A stretch of 64,000 nt of DNA, from NCBI GenBank assembly GCA_963803915.1, contig CAWDOL010000010.1:15763-79762 (forward strand), in the 5' to 3' direction. Below the pieces are notes generated by a model. The model saw nothing but the letters and a program-made list of their open reading frames with translations, had not been told where the DNA came from and searched no databases. The position numbers and the translations under genes were made by a program. The number at the start of each line of letters is the position of its first letter. Position 1 is the first letter of the stretch. Positions 37,262-47,500 of this stretch are shown here, one piece after another. This DNA is from Candidatus Aminicenantes bacterium (GTDB lineage Bacteria; Acidobacteriota; Aminicenantia; Aminicenantales; UBA4085).

Positions 37262-40207
37262 ATGCATTTCCAGCGAGAGCGCCGAATGGGCCGTGTCGTT
37301 CCGTTGCTGGGTCTTGCCGTCATACTGGGTATGCTGGGCCTGTCGTCTCCTCCTTGCGCAGACGGTGTCCGTGCCGCGGACCGAAGCGAGCCGGGAAGCG
37401 GCGGCGCGGTCCTGCAGCTCACCGCGGGCGGGCATGCCCTGGGGTTCGGCGAAAGCCGGGTCTTCTTTGCTTCGGGCGACCATATGCTGAGCGTTGAATT
37501 CGTGGGCGGCCGGATGGCGGCTCCCGTCGTGGATGAAGCCGCGACGGAACCCAGCGGGCTCAAGCCCGCGGCCGGGCAAGCTCCCTCGCTAGAAAAAGTC
37601 TCTTACTCCAACGTCTGGGATGGGGTGACGGTGGCCTTTGAGAAGAGCGATCACGGCATCGTCGAAAGCTCCTACCTGATCGAGGCCGGGACTCCGGGCC
37701 GGCCCGTCAAGAACATTCGCCTTAGCTATAACCGCCCGATCCGGATCGATGGCCACGGCGACCTGGTCATTGCCTATGAACGCGGCGAGATGCGCGAGAG
37801 TGCGCCGGTGGCCTGGCAGGAGCGCGAGGGGATGAAGTTCCCCGTGGATGTCGCGTTTCGATCTTTAAGCAGCCACGAGATCGGATTCGAGCTCGGCGAT
37901 TATGATCGATCCCTGGACGTCATGATAGATCCGGTTCTGACCTGGCACGCGTTCCTCGGCGGAAGCAACTATGATTACGGCCATAGTATAGCCGTAGATG
38001 CGAGCGGAAATGTTTATGTGGCGGGATACAGTAGAGCATCCTGGGGCTCGCCGATAATAAGAGCCTATTCATTTGATTCTGACGCTTTCGCGGCGAAGCT
38101 CGATTCCGGCGGGAATCTGATCTGGAACACATTCCTCGGCGGAGACGGCACGGATTATGGTAACGGCATTGCCGTAGACGGGAGCGGCCATGTGTATGTG
38201 GTGGGAGATAGTTTAGCCACCTGGGGCTCGCCGATAAGAGTCTATACATCCGGTAGGGATGCCTTTGCGGCGAAGCTCGATTCCGGCGGCAATCTGACCT
38301 GGCATACGTTTCTTGGCGGAGACGGCACGGATGGTGGAAGGGGTATTGCCGTGGACGGAAGCGGCCATGTGTATGTGGGGGGACACAGTTGGGGCACTTG
38401 GGGCTCGCCGATAAGAGCCTATACGTCCAATGATGATGCCTTTGCGGCTAAGCTCGATTCCGGCGGGAATCTGACCTGGAACACATTCCTGGGCGGGAGC
38501 GACGATGATGTCGGTTATGGCATTGCCGTCGATGGAAGCGGCAACGTCTACGTGGGGGGGGGCAGTGAAGCCGCCTGGGGCTCGCCGATAAGAGCCTATT
38601 CATCTGATTCTGACGCTTTCGCGGCGAAGCTCGATTCCGGCGGGACTCTGACCTGGCATACGTTTCTTGGCGGAGGCAGCTCGGATAATGGAAGGGCTAT
38701 TGCCGTGGACGGAAGCGGCCATGTGTATGTAGGGGGACACAGTTGGGGCACTTGGGGCTCGCCGATAAGAGCCTATTCGTCCAACGCGGACGCTTTTGCG
38801 GCGAAGCTCGATTCCGGCGGGAATCTGACCTGGCATACGTTTCTTGGCGGAGGCGGCTCGGATTACGGAAGGGGTATTGCCGTGGGCAGAAGCGGCAATG
38901 TGTATGTGTCGGGAGAAAGTGCCGCCACCTGGGGCTCGCCGATAAGAGCCTTTACGTCCAACTGGGACGCTTATGCGACGAGGCTCGACTCCGGCGGGAA
39001 TCTGAATTGGAACACGTTCCTGGGCGGGAGCAGCTTTGATTTCGGTTATGGTATCGCCGTAGATGCGAGCGGAAATGTTTATGTGGGGGGGGGCAGTGAA
39101 GCCGCCTGGGGCTCGCCGATAAGAGGCTATACACCATCTGGAAGTGATGCCTTTGCGGCGAAGATCTACGATACTTCTTCAAAGGACAACCTTCTTGGAA
39201 CCTGGGACGGCCAAGGCGTCTATTTCCGGGATTCCGATACGGGAACTTGGGCGATGCTTTCATCTCCGGCGGACTTGATCGCTTGCGGAGATTTGTACGG
39301 CGATGGCATCGACGACCTCATAGGGATCTGGTCGGGGCAGGCTGGCGTCTGGGTCAAGAACTCGGCCAACGGCAGCTGGGCCTATCTCGGCAGCTCTCCT
39401 CGCCATATCGCGGCCGGGGACATGAACGGCGACGGGCGGGCGGACCTGCTGGGGACCTGGGACGGCCAGGGAGTATTTTACAGGGATTCGATGGCCGGGA
39501 CATGGAACCAGATGGCCACCCCGGCCACTCTTATCACGGCGGGCGACTTGGACGGCGACAACAAATCCGATCTGATCGGGATCTGGCCCAGCCAGGCCGG
39601 GGTGTGGGCGAAATTCTCTCAGTCGGACACTTGGAGCTATATCGGGTCCTCGCTACGGGACATGGCCACGGGGGACATGAACGGCGACGGCCGGACGGAT
39701 CTCGTCGGGACCTGGGATGGGCAGGGGGTCTTCTACCGGGACTCGATGACGGGGAATTGGATCATGATGGCCACCCCGGCGGACCAGGTCGCGGCGGGGG
39801 ATTTGGACGGCGACGGGACGGACGACTTGATCGGGATCTGGGCCGGGCAGGCCGGGGTCTGGGTGAAGTATTCGGCGACGGGGAGTTGGGCCTATGTCGG
39901 AAGTTCGGCGCGGGACATAGCAACCGGCAGGATGAGCGGCGGGCTCTGGGGATCCGGGTTGAGCAAGCCAATGCCTCTGGCAAGCCCGATGGGAGGCTTT
40001 GCCGACGGACCTTCGCGGTATGACAGATTTGAGAATCTTTCCTCCGAAGGGCCGGGAGGGAACCGGTTCATTTTAAAACGGGGAGAGAATCTGGTTCCTA
40101 AGATAGGGAAATCCGAAAAGGCCCGCGTTCCCGGGCCGGGAGAGTCCGGATTTCGGTATACGCTGCAGAAGAACCTCTGGCCGCAGGCGGTAGTGATAAA
40201 GAAATAG
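37262..40207 (+). CDS. secreted SBBP beta-propeller-repeat / FG-GAP (VCBS-like) repeat protein, paralog 1
   Basis: Met at 37262 after GGAGGAAGG, followed by a signal peptide. About 8 SBBP-type units (FLGG..D.G.GIAVDGSG.VYV.G.S...WGSPIRAY.S..DAFAAKLDSGGNLTW). Then three pairs of GD(L/M)(D/N)GDG..DL.G.W FG-GAP-like units and a 95-aa tail. Confidence 0.85.
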   Translation: MHFQRERRMGRVVPLLGLAVILGMLGLSSPPCADGVRAADRSEPGSGGAVLQLTAGGHALGFGESRVFFASGDHMLSVEFVGGRMAAPVVDEAATEPSGLKPAAGQAPSLEKVSYSNVWDGVTVAFEKSDHGIVESSYLIEAGTPGRPVKNIRLSYNRPIRIDGHGDLVIAYERGEMRESAPVAWQEREGMKFPVDVAFRSLSSHEIGFELGDYDRSLDVMIDPVLTWHAFLGGSNYDYGHSIAVDASGNVYVAGYSRASWGSPIIRAYSFDSDAFAAKLDSGGNLIWNTFLGGDGTDYGNGIAVDGSGHVYVVGDSLATWGSPIRVYTSGRDAFAAKLDSGGNLTWHTFLGGDGTDGGRGIAVDGSGHVYVGGHSWGTWGSPIRAYTSNDDAFAAKLDSGGNLTWNTFLGGSDDDVGYGIAVDGSGNVYVGGGSEAAWGSPIRAYSSDSDAFAAKLDSGGTLTWHTFLGGGSSDNGRAIAVDGSGHVYVGGHSWGTWGSPIRAYSSNADAFAAKLDSGGNLTWHTFLGGGGSDYGRGIAVGRSGNVYVSGESAATWGSPIRAFTSNWDAYATRLDSGGNLNWNTFLGGSSFDFGYGIAVDASGNVYVGGGSEAAWGSPIRGYTPSGSDAFAAKIYDTSSKDNLLGTWDGQGVYFRDSDTGTWAMLSSPADLIACGDLYGDGIDDLIGIWSGQAGVWVKNSANGSWAYLGSSPRHIAAGDMNGDGRADLLGTWDGQGVFYRDSMAGTWNQMATPATLITAGDLDGDNKSDLIGIWPSQAGVWAKFSQSDTWSYIGSSLRDMATGDMNGDGRTDLVGTWDGQGVFYRDSMTGNWIMMATPADQVAAGDLDGDGTDDLIGIWAGQAGVWVKYSATGSWAYVGSSARDIATGRMSGGLWGSGLSKPMPLASPMGGFADGPSRYDRFENLSSEGPGGNRFILKRGENLVPKIGKSEKARVPGPGESGFRYTLQKNLWPQAVVIKK
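37925..39170 (+). repeat. in-frame tandem coding repeats (~180 nt unit, ~8 copies) encoding SBBP blades
   Basis: Recurrent ...GCGGCGAAGCTCGATTCCGGCGG(G/C)AATCTGACCTGG(C/A)A(T/C)AC... and ...TGGGGCTCGCCGATAAGAGCCTAT... strings at ~180-nt spacing. Confidence 0.8.
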
Positions 40208-40220
40208 GATTTTTTACCGG
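39148..40220 (+). repeat. ~1.05-kb near-identical duplication, copy 1 (3' cassette of paralog 1 plus ~12 nt past the stop)
   Basis: Offset by exactly 3348 nt from copy 2. Only scattered substitutions seen by eye; at protein level, I/V, S/N and V/I. Confidence 0.9.
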
Positions 40221-40243
40221 CTTGTTTTTTGGCAGGAGATAAA

Positions 40244-43200
40244 ATGAAAAAATTCTGGACCATTCTATCGGGGACACTGATCATTGTCTTTCTGGCCGGA
40301 GCTGGGGGGCAAGGGTCTGAAGCGCAGGCGCCATCGGCTCTGCCTTCCTCTATCCCCGGCTCGCCGGCTCTTAGAATCCATCATGATTTCGGCAAGATGC
40401 CTCTCTATTTTATCCCCAACCAAGGCCAGATGGACGCCCGGGTGGCCTATTATATTCAGGGAAGAGACAAGACCATCTGCTTCACTTCCGAAGGGTTGAC
40501 ATATGTCCTGACTGAAAGAAGCGCGGAAGAGAAAGCCCCTGAGAAGACGGCTTCGGTGAAGGAGCGCTTATTGATGAAGCCGGCTGACCACGAGCTCCAA
40601 AGCCGGAGAAATCAAGAGCGCTTTGCGGTGAAGCTGGATTTTGTGGGAGCGAATGCGGACGTGAGGCCGTCGGGCGAGGCCAAGACCGATGCCGTCATTT
40701 CCTACTTCAGGGGGAAACCCGAGGAATGGATTACCGGGCTACCGACCTACTCGCGTATCGTCTATAAAAATCTCTGGCCGGGGATCGATGTCGCGTATTA
40801 CGGAACGGTGGACAAGATGAAATATGAATTCACTGTTCATCCCGGCTCGGACCCATCCCTTATTCAGCTGGCCTATCGTGGAGCAAGCGCCGTGTCGGTA
40901 AATGGCGCAGGCCGGTTGGAAGTGAGGACGCCGACGGGGGGATTTGAGGATGATCGCCCGGTGGGGTCTCAAGAAATTGATGGGAAGAGAGTGGACGTTG
41001 GGCTGAGGTATCTCCTCGAGGAGCAATCGGAAAAGGTCATCGGCTCGGCCGGGGAAGAGGCCGTCAACAAGTCGTATGTCTACGGATTCGATGTGGGAGC
41101 GTATGACCGGACAAAGCCGCTCGTCCTCGACCCCGCGGTCCTCGTTTACTGCGGTTACATCGGCGGCTCGAGCCAGGATTATGGCAATGGTATAGCCGTC
41201 GACGGCTCGGGAAACGCCTACATCACGGGCGAAGTCTGGTCCACCGAGGCCACGTTTCCAGCCATCGGCGGCCCTGCACTGACGAATAGCGGAAATGACG
41301 CCTTTGTGGCCAAGGTGAACGCCTCCGGTACGGGGCTCGTTTACTGCGGCTTCATCGGCGGCTCAAGCGTTGAAATAGGCTGGGATATTGCGGTTGACGG
41401 CTCTGGAAACGCCTACGTCACAGGCGAAACCCGGTCTAGCGAAGCCACGTTTCCGGTCATCGGCGGACCCGACTTGACGTACAACGGCAACTATGACGCT
41501 TTTGTGGCCAAAGTGAACGCATCGGGCACAGGGCTCGTTTACTGCGGCTACATCGGAGGCACGGGCGCGGAGCAGGCCTTCGGCATAGCGGTCGACGAAT
41601 CTGAAAACGCCTATATCACGGGAACTACCGATTCCACCCAGGCCACGTTTCCGGTCATCAGCGGACCCGACTTGACATACAACAACAACAGCGCCAATGA
41701 AGCCTTTGTGGCCAAAGTGAACGCCTTCGGCACGGGGCTCGTTTACTGCGGCTATATCGGCGGCACGGGCCAGAATTATGGCAACCGTATAGCGGTTGAC
41801 GGCTCGGGAAACGCTTACGTCACGGGCTTGACCCAAGCCACCGAAGCCGCGTTTCCGGTCATCGGCGGCCCCGACCTGACGCACAACGGCGGAGTTGACG
41901 TCTTTGTCGCCAAAGTGAACGCATCGGGCGCGGGGCTCGTTTACTGCGGCTACATCGGCGGCTCGGGAGATGATTATGGCTACGGTGTAGCGGTGGACGG
42001 CTCGGGTCACGCTTACATCACGGGCTATACCACCTCCACTCAAGCCACATTTCCGGTCATCGGCGGCCCGGACCTGACGCATAACGGCGGATATGACGCT
42101 TTTGTGGCCAAGGTGAACCCGACAGGAACGGGGCTCGTTTACTGCGGCTACATCGGCGGCTCGGATACGGACTGGGGCTACGGCATAGCAGTTGACGGCT
42201 CGGGTAACGCCCATGTCACGGGTGTTACCACCTCCACTCAAGCCACATTTCCGGTCATCGGCGGCCCAGACTTGACCTACAACGGCAATTCTGACGCGTT
42301 TGTAGCCAAAGTGACCACGTCAGGAATGGGGTTTGTTTACTGTGGCTACATTGGCGGATCCAGTCAGGACTCCGGCACGGATATAGCGGTCGACAACGCG
42401 GGAAACGCCTATGTCACGGGAAGCACCGGGTCTACCGAAGCCACATTTCCGGTCACTGGTGGCCCGGACCTGACATACAACGGCTTTGGATCAGACGCCT
42501 TTGTGGCGAAGATCAACGATACTTCTTCAAAGGACAACCTTCTTGGAACTTGGGACGGCCAGGGCGTCTATTTCCGGGATTCCGATACGGGAACTTGGGC
42601 GATGCTTTCATCTCCGGCGGACTTGATCGCTTGCGGAGATTTGTACGGCGATGGCATCGACGACCTCATAGGGATCTGGTCGGGGCAGGCTGGCGTCTGG
42701 GTCAAGAACTCGGCCAACGGCAGCTGGGCCTATCTCGGCAGCTCTCCTCGCCATATCGCGGCCGGGGACATGAACGGCGACGGGCGGGCGGACCTGCTGG
42801 GAACCTGGGACGGCCAGGGAGTATTTTACAGGGATTCGATGGCCGGGACATGGAACCAGATGGCCACCCCGGCCACTCTTATCACGGCGGGCGACTTGGA
42901 CGGCGACAACAAATCCGATCTGATCGGGATCTGGCCGAGCCAGGCCGGGGTGTGGGCGAAATTCTCTCAGTCGGACACTTGGAGCTATATCGGGTCCTCG
43001 CTGCGGGACATGGCCACGGGGGACATGAACGGCGACGGCCGGACGGATCTCGTCGGGACCTGGGATGGGCAGGGGGTCTTCTACCGGGACTCGATGACGG
43101 GGAATTGGGTCATGATGGCCACCCCGGCGGACCAGGTCGCGGCGGGGGATTTGGACGGGGACGGGACGGACGACCTGATCGGGATCTGGGCCGGGCAGGC

Positions 43201-43555
43201 CGGCGTATGGGTGAAGTATTCGGCGACGGGGAATTGGGCCTATATCGGAAGCTCGGCCCGGGACATAGCAACCGGCAGGATGAGCGGCGGGCTCTGGGGA
43301 TCCGGGTTGAGCAAGCCAATGCCTCTGGCAAGCCCGATGGGAGGCTTTGCCGACGGACCTTCGCGGTATGACAGATTTGAGAATCTTTCCTCCGAAGGGC
43401 CGGGAGGGAACCGGTTCATTTTAAAACGGGGAGAGAATCTGGTTCCTAAGATAGGGAAATCCGAAAAGGCCCGCGTTCCCGGGCCGGGAGAGTCCGGATT
43501 CCGGTATACGCTGCAGAAGAACCTCTGGCCGCAGGCGGTAGTGATAAAGAAATAG
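40244..43555 (+). CDS. secreted SBBP beta-propeller-repeat / FG-GAP repeat protein, paralog 2
   Basis: AGGAG RBS and ATG 40244 (MKKFWTILSGTLIIVFLAGAGG, signal peptide). An N-terminal ~300-aa domain (PLYFIPNQGQMDARVAYY...). About 11 SBBP units of a different subtype (GLVYCGYIGGS..D.G.GIAVDGSGNAY.TG.T.ST.ATFPVIGGPDLT.NG..DAFVAKVN). The C-terminal 345 aa match paralog 1. Confidence 0.88.
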   Translation: MKKFWTILSGTLIIVFLAGAGGQGSEAQAPSALPSSIPGSPALRIHHDFGKMPLYFIPNQGQMDARVAYYIQGRDKTICFTSEGLTYVLTERSAEEKAPEKTASVKERLLMKPADHELQSRRNQERFAVKLDFVGANADVRPSGEAKTDAVISYFRGKPEEWITGLPTYSRIVYKNLWPGIDVAYYGTVDKMKYEFTVHPGSDPSLIQLAYRGASAVSVNGAGRLEVRTPTGGFEDDRPVGSQEIDGKRVDVGLRYLLEEQSEKVIGSAGEEAVNKSYVYGFDVGAYDRTKPLVLDPAVLVYCGYIGGSSQDYGNGIAVDGSGNAYITGEVWSTEATFPAIGGPALTNSGNDAFVAKVNASGTGLVYCGFIGGSSVEIGWDIAVDGSGNAYVTGETRSSEATFPVIGGPDLTYNGNYDAFVAKVNASGTGLVYCGYIGGTGAEQAFGIAVDESENAYITGTTDSTQATFPVISGPDLTYNNNSANEAFVAKVNAFGTGLVYCGYIGGTGQNYGNRIAVDGSGNAYVTGLTQATEAAFPVIGGPDLTHNGGVDVFVAKVNASGAGLVYCGYIGGSGDDYGYGVAVDGSGHAYITGYTTSTQATFPVIGGPDLTHNGGYDAFVAKVNPTGTGLVYCGYIGGSDTDWGYGIAVDGSGNAHVTGVTTSTQATFPVIGGPDLTYNGNSDAFVAKVTTSGMGFVYCGYIGGSSQDSGTDIAVDNAGNAYVTGSTGSTEATFPVTGGPDLTYNGFGSDAFVAKINDTSSKDNLLGTWDGQGVYFRDSDTGTWAMLSSPADLIACGDLYGDGIDDLIGIWSGQAGVWVKNSANGSWAYLGSSPRHIAAGDMNGDGRADLLGTWDGQGVFYRDSMAGTWNQMATPATLITAGDLDGDNKSDLIGIWPSQAGVWAKFSQSDTWSYIGSSLRDMATGDMNGDGRTDLVGTWDGQGVFYRDSMTGNWVMMATPADQVAAGDLDGDGTDDLIGIWAGQAGVWVKYSATGNWAYIGSSARDIATGRMSGGLWGSGLSKPMPLASPMGGFADGPSRYDRFENLSSEGPGGNRFILKRGENLVPKIGKSEKARVPGPGESGFRYTLQKNLWPQAVVIKK
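41141..42515 (+). repeat. in-frame tandem coding repeats (~200 nt unit, ~7 copies visible at DNA level) encoding SBBP blades
   Basis: Recurrent GGGCTCGTTTACTGCGGCTACATCGGCGG and ACGTTTCCGGTCATCGGCGG(A/C)CC(C/G)GAC(C/T)TGAC strings. Confidence 0.8.
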
Positions 43556-43568
43556 GTTTTTTACCGGG
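42496..43568 (+). repeat. ~1.05-kb near-identical duplication, copy 2
   Basis: See copy 1 (39148..40220). Confidence 0.9.
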
Positions 43569-44229
43569 TGCTCCCGGGAACTTTAAGAACAACTTGTCCA
43601 TAGACGATCCCGTCTGCCGTCCCTCTCTCGGGAACAAGATGATAAACTCCCTGGGGAAGCACTTGGCCAATGAGGGTTTTTGCCACGTACTTTCCTGCAG
43701 CATTCAAAACTTTTGGTCCTGGATTTTGGAGGTTATGGGGCGATAAAAAATGAAGGTACCGGGATTGGCTTGAGCCCATGCCCCCAATAATACTCATGCC
43801 CTTGGTTCCATCATATGTCGCCTCCGTTATGGTTGTCGGCGAACTAAGTACAATATAATTGAAATCCAAAAGAGGGTTTACGAGTGCATTTTGTCTTCCC
43901 CAGAGAATAATGCTTTCCGGTGAAAAAACGGTGTCTAAATAAACGGTAACGGATCCGCCAAGGGTTTTAAGGGTATACTCGCCGGGGGGAAGTATCCCTT
44001 TCACAACATTCTTTTCGCTAAAGCTGCTAATAGTGACAAAGGGACTTCTATTTCGCCATATCGTATAGCTTTTTGTACCGAGCGTGTGCGTAATCCGAAT
44101 GATCTTAGCGGGAACGGTCAAGACCAGGCTTTTCCCCCCGCTGGGTGTCCCGGTTAACGTAAGCTCCTCTGCCTGCATCATGGAAAAGCTGATGCATAGA
44201 ACGAACAGAGATAAAAGAAGCTTTACCAT
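43561..44229 (-). CDS. hypothetical secreted protein, conspicuously low GC
   Basis: Track ORF 43561..44289. I prefer Met 44229 (MVKLLLSLFVLCISFSMMQA, signal peptide). I recognise no motif. Base composition is visibly AT-richer than the flanks. Confidence 0.55.
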   Translation of the reverse strand: MVKLLLSLFVLCISFSMMQAEELTLTGTPSGGKSLVLTVPAKIIRITHTLGTKSYTIWRNRSPFVTISSFSEKNVVKGILPPGEYTLKTLGGSVTVYLDTVFSPESIILWGRQNALVNPLLDFNYIVLSSPTTITEATYDGTKGMSIIGGMGSSQSRYLHFLSPHNLQNPGPKVLNAAGKYVAKTLIGQVLPQGVYHLVPERGTADGIVYGQVVLKVPGSTR

Positions 44230-44551
44230 TCGATTGGATTTCTTCCCTCCCGACGGTTTTTCGGAATGCTCAAAACATTGGTTTCCCATTCTCGTTCTCC
44301 CTCTCAGTTTGATAGTAGAGGCCGGCGCCTCCCTAAATGACCCCGTAGCCCATTTTTTATCACTTTTGGCTTACATGGAACAATACTTATTTTGCCGTTT
44401 TTAGGCGCAAGCCGAATCGGGCCTTGTCCCGAGAAGGCTGGATTGGGAGGCGGTCTTGGCGTAACATGGATGTAAGTCAACGGCGAGTAAAGACATTCTC
44501 TCGGCCCGTCCTGAAAGGATATCTTCCGTTGGCCAAGGACGAGAGGGGTTT

Positions 44552-47500
44552 ATGCATCCACTCACGATTCCGGATAAGCTTTATGGGCGCGACCGGGACG
44601 TTCTTGCGCTTCTAGGGTCATTCGAGCGCATCAGCAAAGGCCTTGGCGAAGTGCTGTTGATACCGGGCTCGTCCGGAGTGGGAAAGACGGCGTTGGTACA
44701 GGAGCTGCAGGCGCCGATCCGGAAGAGAAACGGCTTTTTCATCCGGGGCAAGTTCAATCAATATCAGCAGAACATCCCCTATTTCGCCTTTCGACAGGCG
44801 TTGGAGGAGCTTTGCCGTGAATTGCAGTCCGGGGATGCGCAGAGCCGATCCCGATGGAAGGCCGATATTCTGCAGGCCGTCGGCGAATTGGGCCAGGTCC
44901 TGTTGGACCTGGCCCCCGAATTCGAGTCTTTTCTCGGTCCGCAGCGTTCCCTGGAAAACATCAGCCCACAGGAGGCGAGGCACCGCTTTGCCGAAGTCTT
45001 TCGCGCCTTCCTCAAGGTCGTCAGCCTGCCCGAACACCCCCTGGTTCTCTTTATCGATGATTGGCAATGGGCCGATGCCGCTTCCTTCGAGCTTCTGAAG
45101 CAGCTGCAAGTCGGGCTGACTCTGCGCGTATCTGCTGGTCATCGTTTCCTACCGCGACGACGAAGTGGACGCCGGCCACCCGTTGATGTCCGCCCTGGAC
45201 GGCCTGCGTAGCCAGGCGGTTCCCGTAGAAGTGCTTCACGTCGATAATATCGCGGCCGCGGATGTACGGCAGTTCTTGTCCGATACACTCAAACCGGCCG
45301 TCGATGATGTCGAAGGGCTGGCGGCGATCATCCATGGCCAAACCATGGGGAATCCCTTCTTCGTGCGATCGTTTTTCGACTTTCTCTTCGAGTCCAACCG
45401 GATCTGGTTTGACCTGCTCCGAAACGGCTGGCGATGGCGCGCCGAGCTCATGAGGGGATCGGATCTTCCGGGCCATGTGGTCGAGCTGTTCGTCCTGAAG
45501 CTTCGCCGTCTCGACAGGGACAGCCAGGAGCTTTTCTCTTTGGCCGCCTGCCTGGGCAATCGTTTCGACCTGGGAACCCTCAGCCTCATCAGCGGCCGAG
45601 ATCAGGGGGAGTGCATGGCCCGGCTTTTTGCCGATCAAGCGCGGTCTCTGCTTCTGCCGCTTGACGACGGTGGTCGACACGAGACCGCGGCAGAGCAGCG
45701 CGTCCCCAAGGTCTTCGCCTTCCTGCATGATCGGGTTCAACAGGCGGCTTACTCACTGATCGAACCCGCGCAGCTCCCGATCATCCTGCTGAGAATCGGC
45801 AGATTGCTGCTCGCGAGCCTTCCTCCGGAGGCCTTGGCTGAGAGGCTTTACGAAATCGCCGGCGACTTGAATGCCGGTCGTCATCTTATGACGGAGACCG
45901 CCGAGCGGGTGAATGCCCTCGAGCTGAATCTAGCCGCGGCACGCAAAGCCTACGCGGAAACCGCCTACCGTTCGGCCCTCCAGTATTTTCGGGCCGCGGA
46001 CGGCTTTCTCGAAATTCCGGGGCTTGCCGAGCTCCTCTGGCGTGAGCGACACGAAACGATCATGCAGTTGTTCAAGGAGCGGGCGGAATGCGAATTCCTG
46101 GAGGGTAACTACGCCTCGGCCGAACGGGGCCTGCAACAGGCCGTGATCCGGGCCGATACCGCCATGGAGAAAGCGTCCGCCCTCACGATTCTGATCGTTC
46201 ATTACACGTTGCTGGCCAGGTACCCGGAGGCGATCGCGGCGGGTCGGCAAGCGCTCGCGGCGCTGAATATCAACCTTCCCGAGGAAGGCTACGAGGCCGC
46301 GCGCGATGAAGAGATCGCCGCGTTCCGGAAGGAGCTGGGCTGCCGCCCGATCTCATCTCTCTTTGAGCTGCCCGTGATGATCCAGCCGGAGATGCTCTTG
46401 GCCTCGAAGATCTTGATCACGATGGGGCCGCCTTGCTATCGATCCCACCAGAAGCTCTGGAGCGTGATCGTGCCGAAGGTGGTCAATCTGACCCTGCATT
46501 TCGGCAATATTCCTCAAGTCGGCTACAGCCACACGGCCTTTGGCGGGCTGTTGGGCTGGGTGGACGACGACTACGCGGCGGCCCGAGAGCTCGGCGAGCT
46601 TGCCACACGTCTCATGACCGACACGTTTCCCACGCCATCCGATCAGAGCGTATTCTACCTGATGATCGGCAGCTCGATCCGGCATTGGTTCCAGCACCTC
46701 AGGCAAGGCACCCGGGACTACTCGGAAGCCTACGACATCGGCCTGCGGGCGGGAAACCTCCAGTACGCCGCCTATGCTTTCGGGCACAACATGTATTGCC
46801 GCTTTTACCAGGGCGTGCCCTTGACCGCCTTGATTCGGGAGTCGCAGTACTCCCTGGAATTCAGCCGTGTCCGGCGGAACCAATGGGCCAGCGACCTGCT
46901 CGAGGGGGGACTGTGGATCTTCGCCCTATTGTCGGAGCCGAGCCCTGCGCCGGACGAACCCGCCCCTTGGTCGGAAGGGGACTTTCTGCAGCGCGTCGAA
47001 GACAACCACAATATCCAGGTCGCCTGCATCTTCAAAGTCCTCAAGGCCTTTGCCTGCCTCGTGCTCGGCCGTCACGATCAGGCGCTGAAGATTTCCGACG
47101 AAGTGGAACCCCTGATCTATACCGTCGGAACCCAGGGATTGCTGCCTTGGCCCGAGCATGTATCGGCCCGTCTCTTGAATCTCACGGCCCTTTACGCCAA
47201 GGCCGATGACGAGAAACAGCGGCAATGGCGCGCCGAAATGGCCCCCATGATGCGCAGGCTCCGCATCTGGGCCGAGAATGGCCCGGAGAATTTCGAGCCG
47301 CCCTACCGGCTGGCGGCCGCCGAGCTGGCCCGGATCGACGGCCGGCCGGAGGAAGCCATGCGGCTTTACGACCAGGCCGTGGCATCCGCCCAAGCGGGAG
47401 GCTTTCTGCAATGGGAAGGCCTGGCCAACGAGCGGGCATCGGGATTCTGGCAGGGATACGGCAACGAGCGGCTGGCGCATGTCTACTGGCAGCAGGCCTA

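Noticed and set aside
37925-42515. Regularly spaced DNA repeats that could be mistaken for a CRISPR array or satellite.
   Set aside because: They are in frame inside long ORFs and encode SBBP beta-propeller blades. The units are ~180-200 nt with no unique spacers, and there are no cas genes.
36949-44551. Integrative element or prophage inserted at tRNA-Arg.
   Set aside because: There is no integrase, excisionase, conjugation or phage gene, and I could not find a direct repeat of the tRNA 3' end. I report only a compositional and positional hint.
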